A stretch of 52,074 nt of DNA, from assembly GCA_001004885.1 (NCBI GenBank), contig LCRX01000005.1, positions 1-52,074 on the forward strand, in the 5' to 3' direction. Shown here piece after piece: positions 36,208 to 45,506 of the stretch (position 1 is its first letter; each line of letters opens with the position of its first letter). Below the pieces are notes generated by a model, which searched no databases, was not told where the DNA came from, and was given only the letters and a program-made list of their open reading frames with translations. Origin of the DNA: Candidatus Magasanikbacteria bacterium GW2011_GWA2_56_11. Lineage in GTDB: Bacteria > Patescibacteriota > Patescibacteriia > Magasanikbacterales > UBA922. The translations under genes were made by a program, and so were the position numbers.

Positions 36208-37086
36208 TTACAAGCCGGAGTGCCAGCGGGCAAAGATGCCGCCGGGCAAGAGGCGCCCGGAGCCAGATTCTTCAATCGTGAGTTCGCCCCGGGCAAAGAT
36301 GCCGCCGTTGGAGTCAAGCAGCGGGCGCAGATTGTTTTCGTAAGCTATTGCCGAGTACCCCGAAGCATAACCGTTAATCAAAAAAAACAATGGGGTCTCG
36401 GACATAATTTCACGGCACATCCGCATGAGGGGCGGCAAATGATCCTCTATCTTCCAAAGCTCCTTGCTTGGTCCGTGGCCAAAGGCGGGGGGGTCGAGAA
36501 TAATACCATCGTACCGGCGGCCGCGCTTAAGCTCGCGCCGGACAAAAGAACGCGCGTCGTCGAGTATCCACCGGATCGGTCTGTCCGCCAGGCCGGAAAG
36601 GGCGGCGTTGTCGCGCGCCCAGCCGATAGCGACTTTCGAACCGTCGACGTGGCAAACCTCGGCCCCGGCCGCGGCGGCGGCGAGCGTCGCGCCGCCGGTG
36701 TAGCCGAATAGGTTCAAAACCGTTATCGGACGGCCGGATTTTTTGATTATCTCCTGCGTCCAGTGCCAATTCGGAAGCTGTTCGGGAAACAAACCAGTGT
36801 GCTTAAAAGCTGTCGGACGAATCCAAAAGCGGAGAAAGCCTAATTCTATGGGCCAACGTTCGGGGACTCCGGGCTTAAACTCCCAGTCCGAGCGCCGCCC
36901 TTCCCGGCTAAACACCGCCTGGGCCTCGCCCCAAGTTTTTTCCGGCAAGCGCTTGGGCCACAGGGCTTGAGGATCGGGACGACGGAAAATGACCTCCCCG
37001 TAGCGCTCCAATTTCTCACCGGCGCCGCTGTCGATTAGCTCATATCCCGGCGACGGCAGCGTTTTTAATATTTGCAGTTCTGGCAT
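36208..37086 (-). CDS. Class I SAM-dependent methyltransferase (RlmI/RlmK-like)
   Basis: FKHTGLFPEQ, VLNLFGYTG, ILDPPAF. Confidence 0.88.
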   Translation of the reverse strand: MPELQILKTLPSPGYELIDSGAGEKLERYGEVIFRRPDPQALWPKRLPEKTWGEAQAVFSREGRRSDWEFKPGVPERWPIELGFLRFWIRPTAFKHTGLFPEQLPNWHWTQEIIKKSGRPITVLNLFGYTGGATLAAAAAGAEVCHVDGSKVAIGWARDNAALSGLADRPIRWILDDARSFVRRELKRGRRYDGIILDPPAFGHGPSKELWKIEDHLPPLMRMCREIMSETPLFFLINGYASGYSAIAYENNLRPLLDSNGGIFARGELTIEESGSGRLLPGGIFARWHSGL

Positions 37087-37090
37087 ATAG

Positions 37091-37450
37091 CTAATCCCGC
37101 TGTTTCGGTTCAGAGTCGATAAAATTCATTCTAAACTCCACGCCATGGTTGGCGAAACCAAACCGCTCGTATAGAGTATGTACCTCTGGCTTGCCGTGGC
37201 GGCTGGTGGCCAGAAGTTTGTAGCAGCCACGTTCCTTAGCCTCGCTTATGACGAGCTCCACCAATTTGGTGCCGATGCCCTTGCCCCGGTGTTCCCTCTC
37301 CACGTACACGTTTTCCATCAAGCCGTACGGTTCGGCATGGCGTTCGTTGGCGATCACGACCAAAAGCGCCCAGCCAAGCACCGTGGCTCCTTCCGCCGCC
37401 GTTATTTTAACACTATAACACCCTTCTTGCCGGGCTTTTTTAAATTCCAT
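37091..37450 (-). CDS. GNAT N-acetyltransferase, GNA1-like
   Basis: ENVYV..EHRGKGIG acetyl-CoA motif, GCYK, LYERFGF. Confidence 0.85.
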   Translation of the reverse strand: MEFKKARQEGCYSVKITAAEGATVLGWALLVVIANERHAEPYGLMENVYVEREHRGKGIGTKLVELVISEAKERGCYKLLATSRHGKPEVHTLYERFGFANHGVEFRMNFIDSEPKQRD

Positions 37451-38433
37451 ATTGTCTGGTAAAAAATAATCTGGTACAAAATATTTCCGAGCTTCATGTC
37501 CGACAATCCCGGACGACCGCGGTCCGGACGCTCGTAATCGCCCTCGACAATGTTATAGTCAGCCAGATTCTCGACGTCCGGCGCAAACAGCGCCCAGCGC
37601 TTGGCCCGGTACTCGGCCTCTTTCTCGACCGAAAGCGGGTGGTTATTATAGAGCACCAGGTCAATTTTCCGCGGCAGATAAGCCTGGAGTTCATAAACAA
37701 AATCGCTTAGGCGCTCCGGTCCGGTTTCACCCTCAAGTTCAAAGGCGTTGCCCGCCACGAATATTATCTTCGCCGCCGACCGTCCGACCGCCTGGCGCAC
37801 GCCGGCGGGCAGAAGGGCCGCGATGATGCTGCAATACAGACTGCCCGGTCCGATGACGATATAGTCGGCGCTTTCGATCGCCTGGCGAGCCGGCTCGTAA
37901 ATCTGGCCTTCCGGTTCGAGCCAGGCGCGGGAGATTCGGCAAGACCGGTCGTAAGCCGGACGGTCAATTTCGCCCTCGGTTCTGATGATGGCGCCGTCCG
38001 ACAACTCAACCGCCAGATGGATTTTGTCGAGCGACACTGGGTATACCTGTCCCACCGCCTCGACTGCCTGGGATAGCGCCCGGATAGAGGCCGTGATATC
38101 GGCGCCATAATGGCTCGAGAGGACTAAAAACAGGTTGCCGAGATTATGCCTATCGAGCTTCCCGGCGTCACGAAACCGCTGACCGTAGAATATCGGCTTG
38201 AGAATATCGTAATCATAGCGGGACATGGCCAGGACAGCGCGCAAAATGTCGCCGGTCGGCAAAGTATCGAACTCCCGGCGGAGCTGCCCGCTCGAGCCGC
38301 CGGAATCGGATACCGAAATGACGGCCGTGAGTTCCAGCCGGTCGGCGAACCGCTTAAGGGCGCGGATGCTTTTGGCGCTGCCATTGCCCCCACCGATGAT
38401 TACCACCTTTTTTTTAGACGCTAAAAAGGTCAT
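37402..38433 (-). CDS. YvcK/GlmR (UPF0052, CofD-like) family protein
   Basis: IGGGNG, VSDSGGSSG.LR, GDI, HNLGNL, IGPGSLY.S. Confidence 0.9.
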   Translation of the reverse strand: MTFLASKKKVVIIGGGNGSAKSIRALKRFADRLELTAVISVSDSGGSSGQLRREFDTLPTGDILRAVLAMSRYDYDILKPIFYGQRFRDAGKLDRHNLGNLFLVLSSHYGADITASIRALSQAVEAVGQVYPVSLDKIHLAVELSDGAIIRTEGEIDRPAYDRSCRISRAWLEPEGQIYEPARQAIESADYIVIGPGSLYCSIIAALLPAGVRQAVGRSAAKIIFVAGNAFELEGETGPERLSDFVYELQAYLPRKIDLVLYNNHPLSVEKEAEYRAKRWALFAPDVENLADYNIVEGDYERPDRGRPGLSDMKLGNILYQIIFYQTIWNLKKPGKKGVIVLK

Positions 38434-38797
38434 ACAGAATAATTGCGAGCGGCAGGAGAATAAAAAGGCCGATCGCCAAAAAAAACCAGCTTACAAGACC
38501 CCACAACACGTATCTAGACCGCGGCCGGTTGAACTCGGTTAACAGCCGCTCCTGCTGCCGTAAGTACCAGGCGTCAAGAAAACCCAGGCCGGAAGCGACG
38601 TAGAGCGCGCCTTTTATCCAGCCTCGGTATTCATCGTGAAAAGTCGCGGCGGCGGCAAAAAAGTCGTACCCCGCCAACCCCAATGCAAACAGGACAACCG
38701 GCGCCATAAACCCCAAGAACCAATAACCGATTTTAAGGCCGCTGGCCAGATGATTGTCGGCCGCAGTCGCCTCTTCTGTCCGAGATAAACCGTGCAT
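38414..38797 (-). CDS. Small membrane protein (3 TM)
   Basis: Three hydrophobic segments; packed between glmS and yvcK. Confidence 0.7.
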   Translation of the reverse strand: MHGLSRTEEATAADNHLASGLKIGYWFLGFMAPVVLFALGLAGYDFFAAAATFHDEYRGWIKGALYVASGLGFLDAWYLRQQERLLTEFNRPRSRYVLWGLVSWFFLAIGLFILLPLAIILYDLFSV

Positions 38798-38809
38798 ATT
38801 CTTTGCGCG

Positions 38810-40630
38810 TTACTCGACGGTTACGCTCTTGGCCAGATTCCGCGGCCGATCGACGTCTTTGCCGAGCGCCACCGCGGCATGATAGGCAAAAAGCTGCAGC
38901 GGGATCGTGTTCAGCAACGGCTCGAGAAGCTCCATGGTTTCCGGCACGTACACTATCCGGTCGGAGATCTCACGGGCCCGGTCGTCGCCCACGGTGGCGA
39001 TGAGTATCACCCTGGCCCCCCTGGCCCGCACTTCTTCTATGTTGCTGCGCATCTTATCATACAACTGGTTCCTCGTCATGATCGCCATAACCGGAAAATC
39101 CGGCGACAAGAGAGCGATCGGGCCGTGTTTCATCTCGCCTCCCGGATACGCTTCGGCATGAATGTATGATATCTCCTTAAGTTTCAGGGAACCTTCGAGC
39201 GCGACCGGATAGTTTATGCCCCGGCCCAAAAACAGCATATCACGGTGCCGGATATATTCTTCGGCCATGCTCCTGATCTCGTCGCTCTGCGCCAAGATTG
39301 CCTTCATCTTTTCCGGAATCTCGCGCAGGGCCGACAATAATCGCTGGCCGGTGGCGATAGATACGCGGCGCAAACGCCCGAACTGCAGCGCGTAGAGAAG
39401 CATGATCGCGACCATATTGGTGTAGGCCTTGGTCGAGGCAACCGCCAGCTCCGGACCGGCGTGGATGTAGGTGCCGCCGTCGGTCTCGCGGGCGATGGTC
39501 GAGCCGACCACGTTTACGATGCCGCGCACGAACGCGCCCTTGCGCTTCGCTTCGCGCACCGCGGCCAGCGTGTCCGCGGTCTCGCCGGATTGGGAAATGG
39601 CGAAAACCAGGGTGCGATCGTCAACCACCGGATCCCGGTAGCGGAACTCGCTCGCCACGTCCACTTCCGCCGGGATGCCGACGAGCCGCTCGAAAGCGTA
39701 CTTGCCGATCATGGCCGCGTACGACGCCGTGCCGCAAGCAATGAATACCACCCGGTTTATCCGGCGCATCTCTTCCTCGGTCAGATTAATGCCGCCCAGG
39801 CGCCCGGTGCCCTCGGTGAGGTCGTACCGTCCGCGCACGGCGTCTTGGAACACGGTCGGCTGGTCAAAAATCTCCTTGAGCATGAAATGCGGGTAGCCCT
39901 GCTTCTCGGCCTGCGTCTGGTCCCAATCGATTTCTTCCACGTGTTTGGCAACGGTTTCATCTTTCAAGTTGAAAGTCTCAAGCGCCGCGCGCGAAACATC
40001 GGCCACCTCTCCATCCTCGAGAAAAACAACTTTTTTTGTGTAAGGCAAAATCGGCGTAGCGTCGCTCGCGAGATAATGTTCGCCCTCCCCGATCCCGATC
40101 ACCAAAGGACTCCCCAGACGCGCGGCAACCAGCTGATCAGGATGGTCGGCATGCATAACCACCAGCCCATAGGTGCCGCGCACGTGCGCGAGGGCCTGCT
40201 GTACGGCCGATCGCAAATCGCCGTGATAATGGCGGCCGATAAGATGCGCCAAAACCTCGGTATCGGTCTGGGAGACGAAATTCACCCCCGCAAGCTGCTC
40301 TTTTAGCTCGCGATAATTTTCTATTATGCCATTATGCACAACCGCCAGTTTGCCGTCCAAAGCCACATGAGGGTGGGCATTTTCTTCGGTTACGCCGCCG
40401 TGCGTGGCCCAGCGGGTATGCGCTATGCCCAGAGTTCCGGCCGGCGGCCGCGTCTTCACTTTGTCTGTCAAAAAATCAATTTTACCTACAGATCGGACCC
40501 GTTCTATACTGTCTCCGTTCAAAAGCGCTACGCCGGCGCTATCATAACCACGGTATTCGAGCCGACGCAAACCCTGGATCAGAACCGGCAGGGCCGGCTT
40601 GTCTCCGATATAGGCAACAATTCCGCACAT
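38810..40630 (-). CDS. glmS: Glutamine--fructose-6-phosphate transaminase (isomerizing)
   Basis: MCGI, EYRGYDSAG, HTRWATHG, SQSGETADT, EMKHGP, PRNLAKSVTVE. Confidence 0.98.
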   Translation of the reverse strand: MCGIVAYIGDKPALPVLIQGLRRLEYRGYDSAGVALLNGDSIERVRSVGKIDFLTDKVKTRPPAGTLGIAHTRWATHGGVTEENAHPHVALDGKLAVVHNGIIENYRELKEQLAGVNFVSQTDTEVLAHLIGRHYHGDLRSAVQQALAHVRGTYGLVVMHADHPDQLVAARLGSPLVIGIGEGEHYLASDATPILPYTKKVVFLEDGEVADVSRAALETFNLKDETVAKHVEEIDWDQTQAEKQGYPHFMLKEIFDQPTVFQDAVRGRYDLTEGTGRLGGINLTEEEMRRINRVVFIACGTASYAAMIGKYAFERLVGIPAEVDVASEFRYRDPVVDDRTLVFAISQSGETADTLAAVREAKRKGAFVRGIVNVVGSTIARETDGGTYIHAGPELAVASTKAYTNMVAIMLLYALQFGRLRRVSIATGQRLLSALREIPEKMKAILAQSDEIRSMAEEYIRHRDMLFLGRGINYPVALEGSLKLKEISYIHAEAYPGGEMKHGPIALLSPDFPVMAIMTRNQLYDKMRSNIEEVRARGARVILIATVGDDRAREISDRIVYVPETMELLEPLLNTIPLQLFAYHAAVALGKDVDRPRNLAKSVTVE

Positions 40631-40647
40631 ACAGGAAAATAAACGAA

Positions 40648-41406
40648 TTAATTACCGGCTAACCGGCGCGCCGCCACGAGCTGTTCTTGCGTGTTAATTC
40701 CGATCGCTTCTTCCGGCGGGATGGCGATAGACGACAGTTTGCCGCCCTGTTCGATGACACGGTGAATCAAAGCGGTCAGATAATACTCGTGCTGGGCGTT
40801 GTCGTTGCGCAATGTCTTGAGATTTTCCCATAGCCATTCGCTCTGAAAACAATAGTACCCGGGATTAACTTCCCTGACAGACAACTCCGCCGGCGTGGCG
40901 TCTTTCTTCTCCACTATGCGGTTGATATGCCCGTCAACTCCGCGCACAATCCGACCGTACTCATACAAACCGGACCGCCAATCCAAATAATCCGGCACGG
41001 TAGCGGTCATGAGCGTAATCGTATTGCCGCGCTCAAGGTGTTTTTTGATGAGTTGCTTGATTGAATTTGCCGTTACAAACGGCATATCGCCGTACAGGGC
41101 CACTATGTGGTCAAACTGGCCGCGCAACAGCGGCTCGGCCATCAAAACCGCGTGGCCGGTCCCTAAGCGCTCTGCCTGCACCGCGTACCGGGCGCGACTT
41201 CCCAGATATTCCTGTACGGACAAGTCATCATTGCACACCACAGCCACCGGCGTAGAATCAAGTCGGGCAGACTCGACGCTGCTTACCACATATTCAATCA
41301 GCGGCTGCCCCAGTAACTCGTGCATCACCTTGAGCTTGTGGCTGTTCATTCGCTTGCCCAGCCCGGCGGCCAATATGACCGCGGCTACCCGTGAGATTGG
41401 CTGCAT
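40648..41406 (-). CDS. GlmU-like uridyltransferase domain only (no acetyltransferase domain)
   Basis: LAAG.G.RM.S...KVMH, LGTGHAV, YGDMP, YGRIVR, IVEKKDA, NAQHEYYLT, GIN. Stops at 252 aa with no hexapeptide repeats. Confidence 0.9.
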   Translation of the reverse strand: MQPISRVAAVILAAGLGKRMNSHKLKVMHELLGQPLIEYVVSSVESARLDSTPVAVVCNDDLSVQEYLGSRARYAVQAERLGTGHAVLMAEPLLRGQFDHIVALYGDMPFVTANSIKQLIKKHLERGNTITLMTATVPDYLDWRSGLYEYGRIVRGVDGHINRIVEKKDATPAELSVREVNPGYYCFQSEWLWENLKTLRNDNAQHEYYLTALIHRVIEQGGKLSSIAIPPEEAIGINTQEQLVAARRLAGN

Positions 41407-41459
41407 AGCGCGTAATGTATATGTAAGAAATCAGAAGGGAGTGAGGACGCGGAGGAGCG

Positions 41460-42209
41460 CTAGGGACGCTCCTCCGCTGTCCGGAGTTGGAGATAGCGGA
41501 CCGCGGCCTCCGCCACCGCCCGCGCCTGGCGCGGGAAGCGTTCCTGAAGGCGGGCCCTGCTGAAAGCGGGGTCGTACTTGACCGCCTGTTTGCGGCCGGG
41601 CAGGTCGGCGTAGATAGCCGGGATGGGCAGCTCCAAAATGGGGCACCCATTGACCGTCCGGCTGCGCAGCCAGACGATCAGCTCGATCTCCCACTCGACC
41701 GTCCAAGACAGGCTCGAGAGCACGAGCTCTATCATTGGACGGCGCAGACCCACGAAACCGCACTGCGGGTCATGGACGACCCACCCGGTGTGCTCACGCA
41801 CGAGATCCCGGATGCGCCGGCACAACTCCTGCCGGTCGTCCGGGGTTCCGATCTGCGGAGACGCCGGATGGAACCGGGCTCCCTTCACTATGTCCGAGCT
41901 CCGCAAGAGCCCGATCATGTCCGGGAGCGCCTCCGGCGGATGCTGCCCGTCGCCGTCGAAGACGACGGCCGCGTCGCAGTCCTGTGCCAAGGCATACTCG
42001 AACCCGCAGCGTACCGCTGCCGGTTTACCGAGCGGCCTCTGGCCGATCACCGCGACGCCATGGCGTCTGGCCACCTCGGCGCTTCCGTCCGAGGAGCCAT
42101 CGTCTACCACAACTACCGTTGCCCCGCCAGCCTGGGCGCCTACGCGCGGGAGCAACCGCTCCAGCGCATCAGCCTCGTCCCTCACCGGCACCACGACCAC
42201 CGTTTTCAT
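41460..42209 (-). CDS. GT2 glycosyltransferase (polyprenol-P glycosyltransferase-like), divergent
   Basis: VVVPVRDE, VDDGSSDG, FDGDGQH, DPQCGF; GGGGAGGT SD before the ATG at 42209. Confidence 0.85.
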   Translation of the reverse strand: MKTVVVVPVRDEADALERLLPRVGAQAGGATVVVVDDGSSDGSAEVARRHGVAVIGQRPLGKPAAVRCGFEYALAQDCDAAVVFDGDGQHPPEALPDMIGLLRSSDIVKGARFHPASPQIGTPDDRQELCRRIRDLVREHTGWVVHDPQCGFVGLRRPMIELVLSSLSWTVEWEIELIVWLRSRTVNGCPILELPIPAIYADLPGRKQAVKYDPAFSRARLQERFPRQARAVAEAAVRYLQLRTAEERP

Positions 42210-42262
42210 GGTACACCTCCCCAGCCGTTTCTTGTTTTCCCAACCAGAAACAAAAGGGATAT

Positions 42263-42700
42263 CTACCGGTTCAAACGCCGTCCAGCCAAAGCCAAAATTT
42301 GACATTCATCCTCGTAACCTAAAATATTATAAGCGCCGCGGTCTCTAAAAAGAGACAATGCCTCTTCCAGTGATAAAAAAAGTACCCGATCATGCTCAGA
42401 GTCATGCTCGATAACAGTTCCGGACTCATAGCAGGCCAGATAATAATGGGTCAACTTGTTAACGCGCTCCGGGCCGCGTTCAAACGAGGACGACAAATTG
42501 CCCAGATACTGTTCCAAGCGCACCTGGCAGCCGGTTTCTTCCGCTATCTCCCGGCGGGCGGTGTCGGCCAGACTCTCTCCCGGCTCCTGGGTACCCTTTG
42601 GCAGATGATAGGTATCAGTTTTCTTCCGGTAAAGCACCACGATCTCTACTCCCTCGCTGGTGTGCCGATAAACCACCGCACCCGCTGAAATATGTAGCAT
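42263..42700 (-). CDS. NUDIX hydrolase (Ap4A hydrolase-like)
   Basis: SAGAVV, LPKG..EPGE...TARREIAEETG, SEH. Confidence 0.88.
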   Translation of the reverse strand: MLHISAGAVVYRHTSEGVEIVVLYRKKTDTYHLPKGTQEPGESLADTARREIAEETGCQVRLEQYLGNLSSSFERGPERVNKLTHYYLACYESGTVIEHDSEHDRVLFLSLEEALSLFRDRGAYNILGYEDECQILALAGRRLNR

Positions 42701-42701
42701 A

Positions 42702-43346
42702 TTATGCAGACTGTAATTGCCCGTAACGGGCCATAAAATCTTGAATTTCGGCTAGGCGGAAAAAATGAGGCCGGCCGCTTTTTTCATAAGCCTCCCGGGG
42801 ATACTTCGGAGAAACCTTCAGCACGGCGCGTATTTGCGGCCACCGGTCGCTAATCGCAGCCGTCTCTTCTATTTTGTCGTTGATAAACCACACCGGCCCC
42901 GGCGAACGGCGCGACCATAGACGCTCCATCGCCTGGGTTTTAGTTTCATCCACCGTGTACACCTCATCAAAATAATTGTAAATGCCGGAGTACCTTACCT
43001 TTTCCTCCTGGAAATCCGCCGCGCCGAGACTCAAAAGCAACAAGGGGCGGTGTTCATCCTTGATGTAACTCAAGAAATCTAAAGTATCCGGAAAAAGATA
43101 CTCCCGGCAGGTTTTGGTCAGACGCGACAAGACTTGTGCGACTTCACCGGAATCATAGCCTCGCTCTGCCAGGCAGGCTGCATGGCGCTTATCGCTGTAA
43201 CAGGCAGCGCCGGCGCAAAAGCGGGCAGCGATGTATGTTTCCCGAACCAGAGAAACAGGCACTCCCAATTGCCCCAAAGCATCTTCCCGCGCCGCGATAA
43301 AGCGCTGAGTATCCATTAAAGTATCGTCGAAATCTATTATTACCAT
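42702..43346 (-). CDS. HAD-superfamily hydrolase
   Basis: IDFDDTL motif I, Q..KV, FINDK. Confidence 0.85.
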   Translation of the reverse strand: MVIIDFDDTLMDTQRFIAAREDALGQLGVPVSLVRETYIAARFCAGAACYSDKRHAACLAERGYDSGEVAQVLSRLTKTCREYLFPDTLDFLSYIKDEHRPLLLLSLGAADFQEEKVRYSGIYNYFDEVYTVDETKTQAMERLWSRRSPGPVWFINDKIEETAAISDRWPQIRAVLKVSPKYPREAYEKSGRPHFFRLAEIQDFMARYGQLQSA

Positions 43347-43355
43347 AGTGGGCCG

Positions 43356-44090
43356 CTAAAGACGATTCCAGAGTTCATCAAAAATCCGAGTCTGAGTCGC
43401 GCATACGCCTTCGTTCTCAATTACCACCCCGACCGGATCATTTTGGGCATTAAGGGAAATATAGGCAGTTTTGCCGGGGTAAATAATTATATATGTATCC
43501 AGGTTATCGCTGTGTGGCAGCCACTTGCGTTCATCGAGTCCGCGCAGTTCCCCACCCTCCCCGAGAGCAATAACCTTGACGCCAACGCCTTTGGCCAGAC
43601 GGACGTCGCTGAATGTCGAAAAATCGCGATAAAGATGGTCGCGTAAACGTTCCGCGGAATAAATCCGGTACCCTGTCTCCCCGTTTGCCTCGCAAGTAGA
43701 AAGAACGTCTTCCAGTATCTCTGGTAATTCGGCGGCGGAAAAATAACGAGCAACCGGACGGTTGCCGCCCCGGTTATATAGGGCTTCCAGCTCCGGCACG
43801 GCTCGATGTAGTTCGCGACCGGCCTGGCTGAGATCTGCCTCTCTCTCCCTCAATAAGGCGAGTAGCTTGCTTGGCGGCTCGGCCACAAAATGTTGACGCG
43901 ACTCTTTTTGATAAAAACTAACCAACTTCTGCTCCTCGAGCCACTTCAAACTATCATAGGTAGTACCCCGGTTGAGCGAGCAGGACTCAGCCAAAACCCG
44001 CACCGAACTCGGCCCTAACTTAAGAAGAGACAAATACACTGTGACGGCTTTGTCAGAAAAGCCTATTTTCTTTAATGTATTTAAATCCAT
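43356..44090 (-). CDS. TrmB-family transcriptional regulator
   Basis: G.S.K...VYL.LL.LG, LNRGTTYD.L..L...LV winged HTH; C-terminal IIIY..K...IS sensor region. Confidence 0.88.
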   Translation of the reverse strand: MDLNTLKKIGFSDKAVTVYLSLLKLGPSSVRVLAESCSLNRGTTYDSLKWLEEQKLVSFYQKESRQHFVAEPPSKLLALLREREADLSQAGRELHRAVPELEALYNRGGNRPVARYFSAAELPEILEDVLSTCEANGETGYRIYSAERLRDHLYRDFSTFSDVRLAKGVGVKVIALGEGGELRGLDERKWLPHSDNLDTYIIIYPGKTAYISLNAQNDPVGVVIENEGVCATQTRIFDELWNRL

Positions 44091-44307
44091 ATTTTTAGCT
44101 TATTTATGATAATATAAATAGTAAAAAACTGTCAAGTTTAAACCGACAGTATTGTGGATAAGTTATATTTTCCCTTCTCAAACCTCTCTTGACGGGCCAA
44201 AACCAAAGCCGGTCAAGAGAGGTGGGGTCGTAAGCTTAAAAGCTGAAGACCCAAAAGAGCAACCGACGGCTGAAAGGCACGATCAGCAGTGCCCACGGAA
44301 GGACGGC

Positions 44308-45351
44308 CTAGGACAAAAAATGCCTAAGCTGCGCCTCCCGTTCCTCCTGGCCAGGAATGCCGTTGACCGGTCCAACATGCTCGACGGTTCGGCCCGCGAT
44401 CCAGACCGCCATCTTCAGGCAGACTGAAAGGGGCAACAAAACCGGATGCAGGAGGTGATAGTAAACGAAAGCCGCCAGGTGGGCGTCGCCGGCGCCGCAG
44501 TCGTCTACCTGCCTGACCGGAAACGACGGCTGGAAGATCGGCTCCTGTCCCCGTTCCACAAGAACGGTGCCGTCCTTATCCAGGGTAACGATGACGATCT
44601 TGGGGCCAAGTCGGTTCAGCCCTCGAATGCGGTCGCGGTTAAGCGGACCGCCCACCAGGCGCTCCGCCTCTACGTGGTTCATCTGGAAGACAGTGGCCCG
44701 GGTGAGAAGATTGCCCAGCATCGGCCAGTACGCCGCAGACAGGAGCTCTTCGTTCGCGACGATGACCACTTCGTCGGCGTTTCCAGCGCCAACTATCATC
44801 TGCGCCAACTCCAGGTCGTGCGGACGCAGGCTGCCAAGAAGAAGGATCTTGGCTCTCGCCGAGAGGAGCTCGGCCCTGACCGTAACCGGCACCCGGTATG
44901 GTTCCCGCACGCAGAAAAGCGTGCTCCCTCTGCCCGCCGGATCGCGAACGTTCAGGGTGGTGGCCATGGCGCCGCCGCAAAAAAGATGCGGCGTAAAGCT
45001 TCGACGCCTGGCCTCGTCGATGAACATCCGCTTGTCGCTCACGCTGGCCACTGGTCCGCTCACCCCAATGCTGGTGGCACCCAGGCTCGAAAGGGCGCGC
45101 GCCCAGTTCCAGGCGCTGCCAGCGACAAAAGTGTCCGCTGCCGCCCGGTCGGCGGTCAGCACCAGGTCTTCGCCGGCGACCGGCGAAATCGTAAAGACTG
45201 TCTCCTTCCCGCCGGCGGCCGGCCGGCTAACGATGTGACGCACGTCGTTTTTTCTGCCCAACCGGCACCAGCCGGGGACAGGCGCGAGATCCGCGCTGAG
45301 CGTAGTTTCGGTGCCCACCGATGGCAGGGCAAAAACGGTAAGTTGAGACAA
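44308..45351 (-). CDS. PfkB-family carbohydrate kinase, divergent
   Basis: AGSAWN, MNHVEA, VTLDKDG, VDDCGAGDAH; TTG start after a GGAGGGGG SD. Confidence 0.8.
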   Translation of the reverse strand: MSQLTVFALPSVGTETTLSADLAPVPGWCRLGRKNDVRHIVSRPAAGGKETVFTISPVAGEDLVLTADRAAADTFVAGSAWNWARALSSLGATSIGVSGPVASVSDKRMFIDEARRRSFTPHLFCGGAMATTLNVRDPAGRGSTLFCVREPYRVPVTVRAELLSARAKILLLGSLRPHDLELAQMIVGAGNADEVVIVANEELLSAAYWPMLGNLLTRATVFQMNHVEAERLVGGPLNRDRIRGLNRLGPKIVIVTLDKDGTVLVERGQEPIFQPSFPVRQVDDCGAGDAHLAAFVYYHLLHPVLLPLSVCLKMAVWIAGRTVEHVGPVNGIPGQEEREAQLRHFLS

Positions 45352-45506
45352 CTCGTCCCCCTCCGTCTAACCCACCTCGCCGCTCTGATTTACCCTAACA
45401 ATGCCGCGCCCCTAGGTCAACGGTCGGCTGTCCACACGGCTTGCATCCGTGTTTGGTTACCAGTAACTTACCAAGTACGGTTCTGTAAACGACTTAAACA
45501 CTGCTT

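Noticed and set aside
44182-44223. 12-bp inverted repeat ACCTCTCTTGAC/GTCAAGAGAGGT as an ncRNA
   Set aside because: Most simply a terminator-like hairpin downstream of the PfkB gene.
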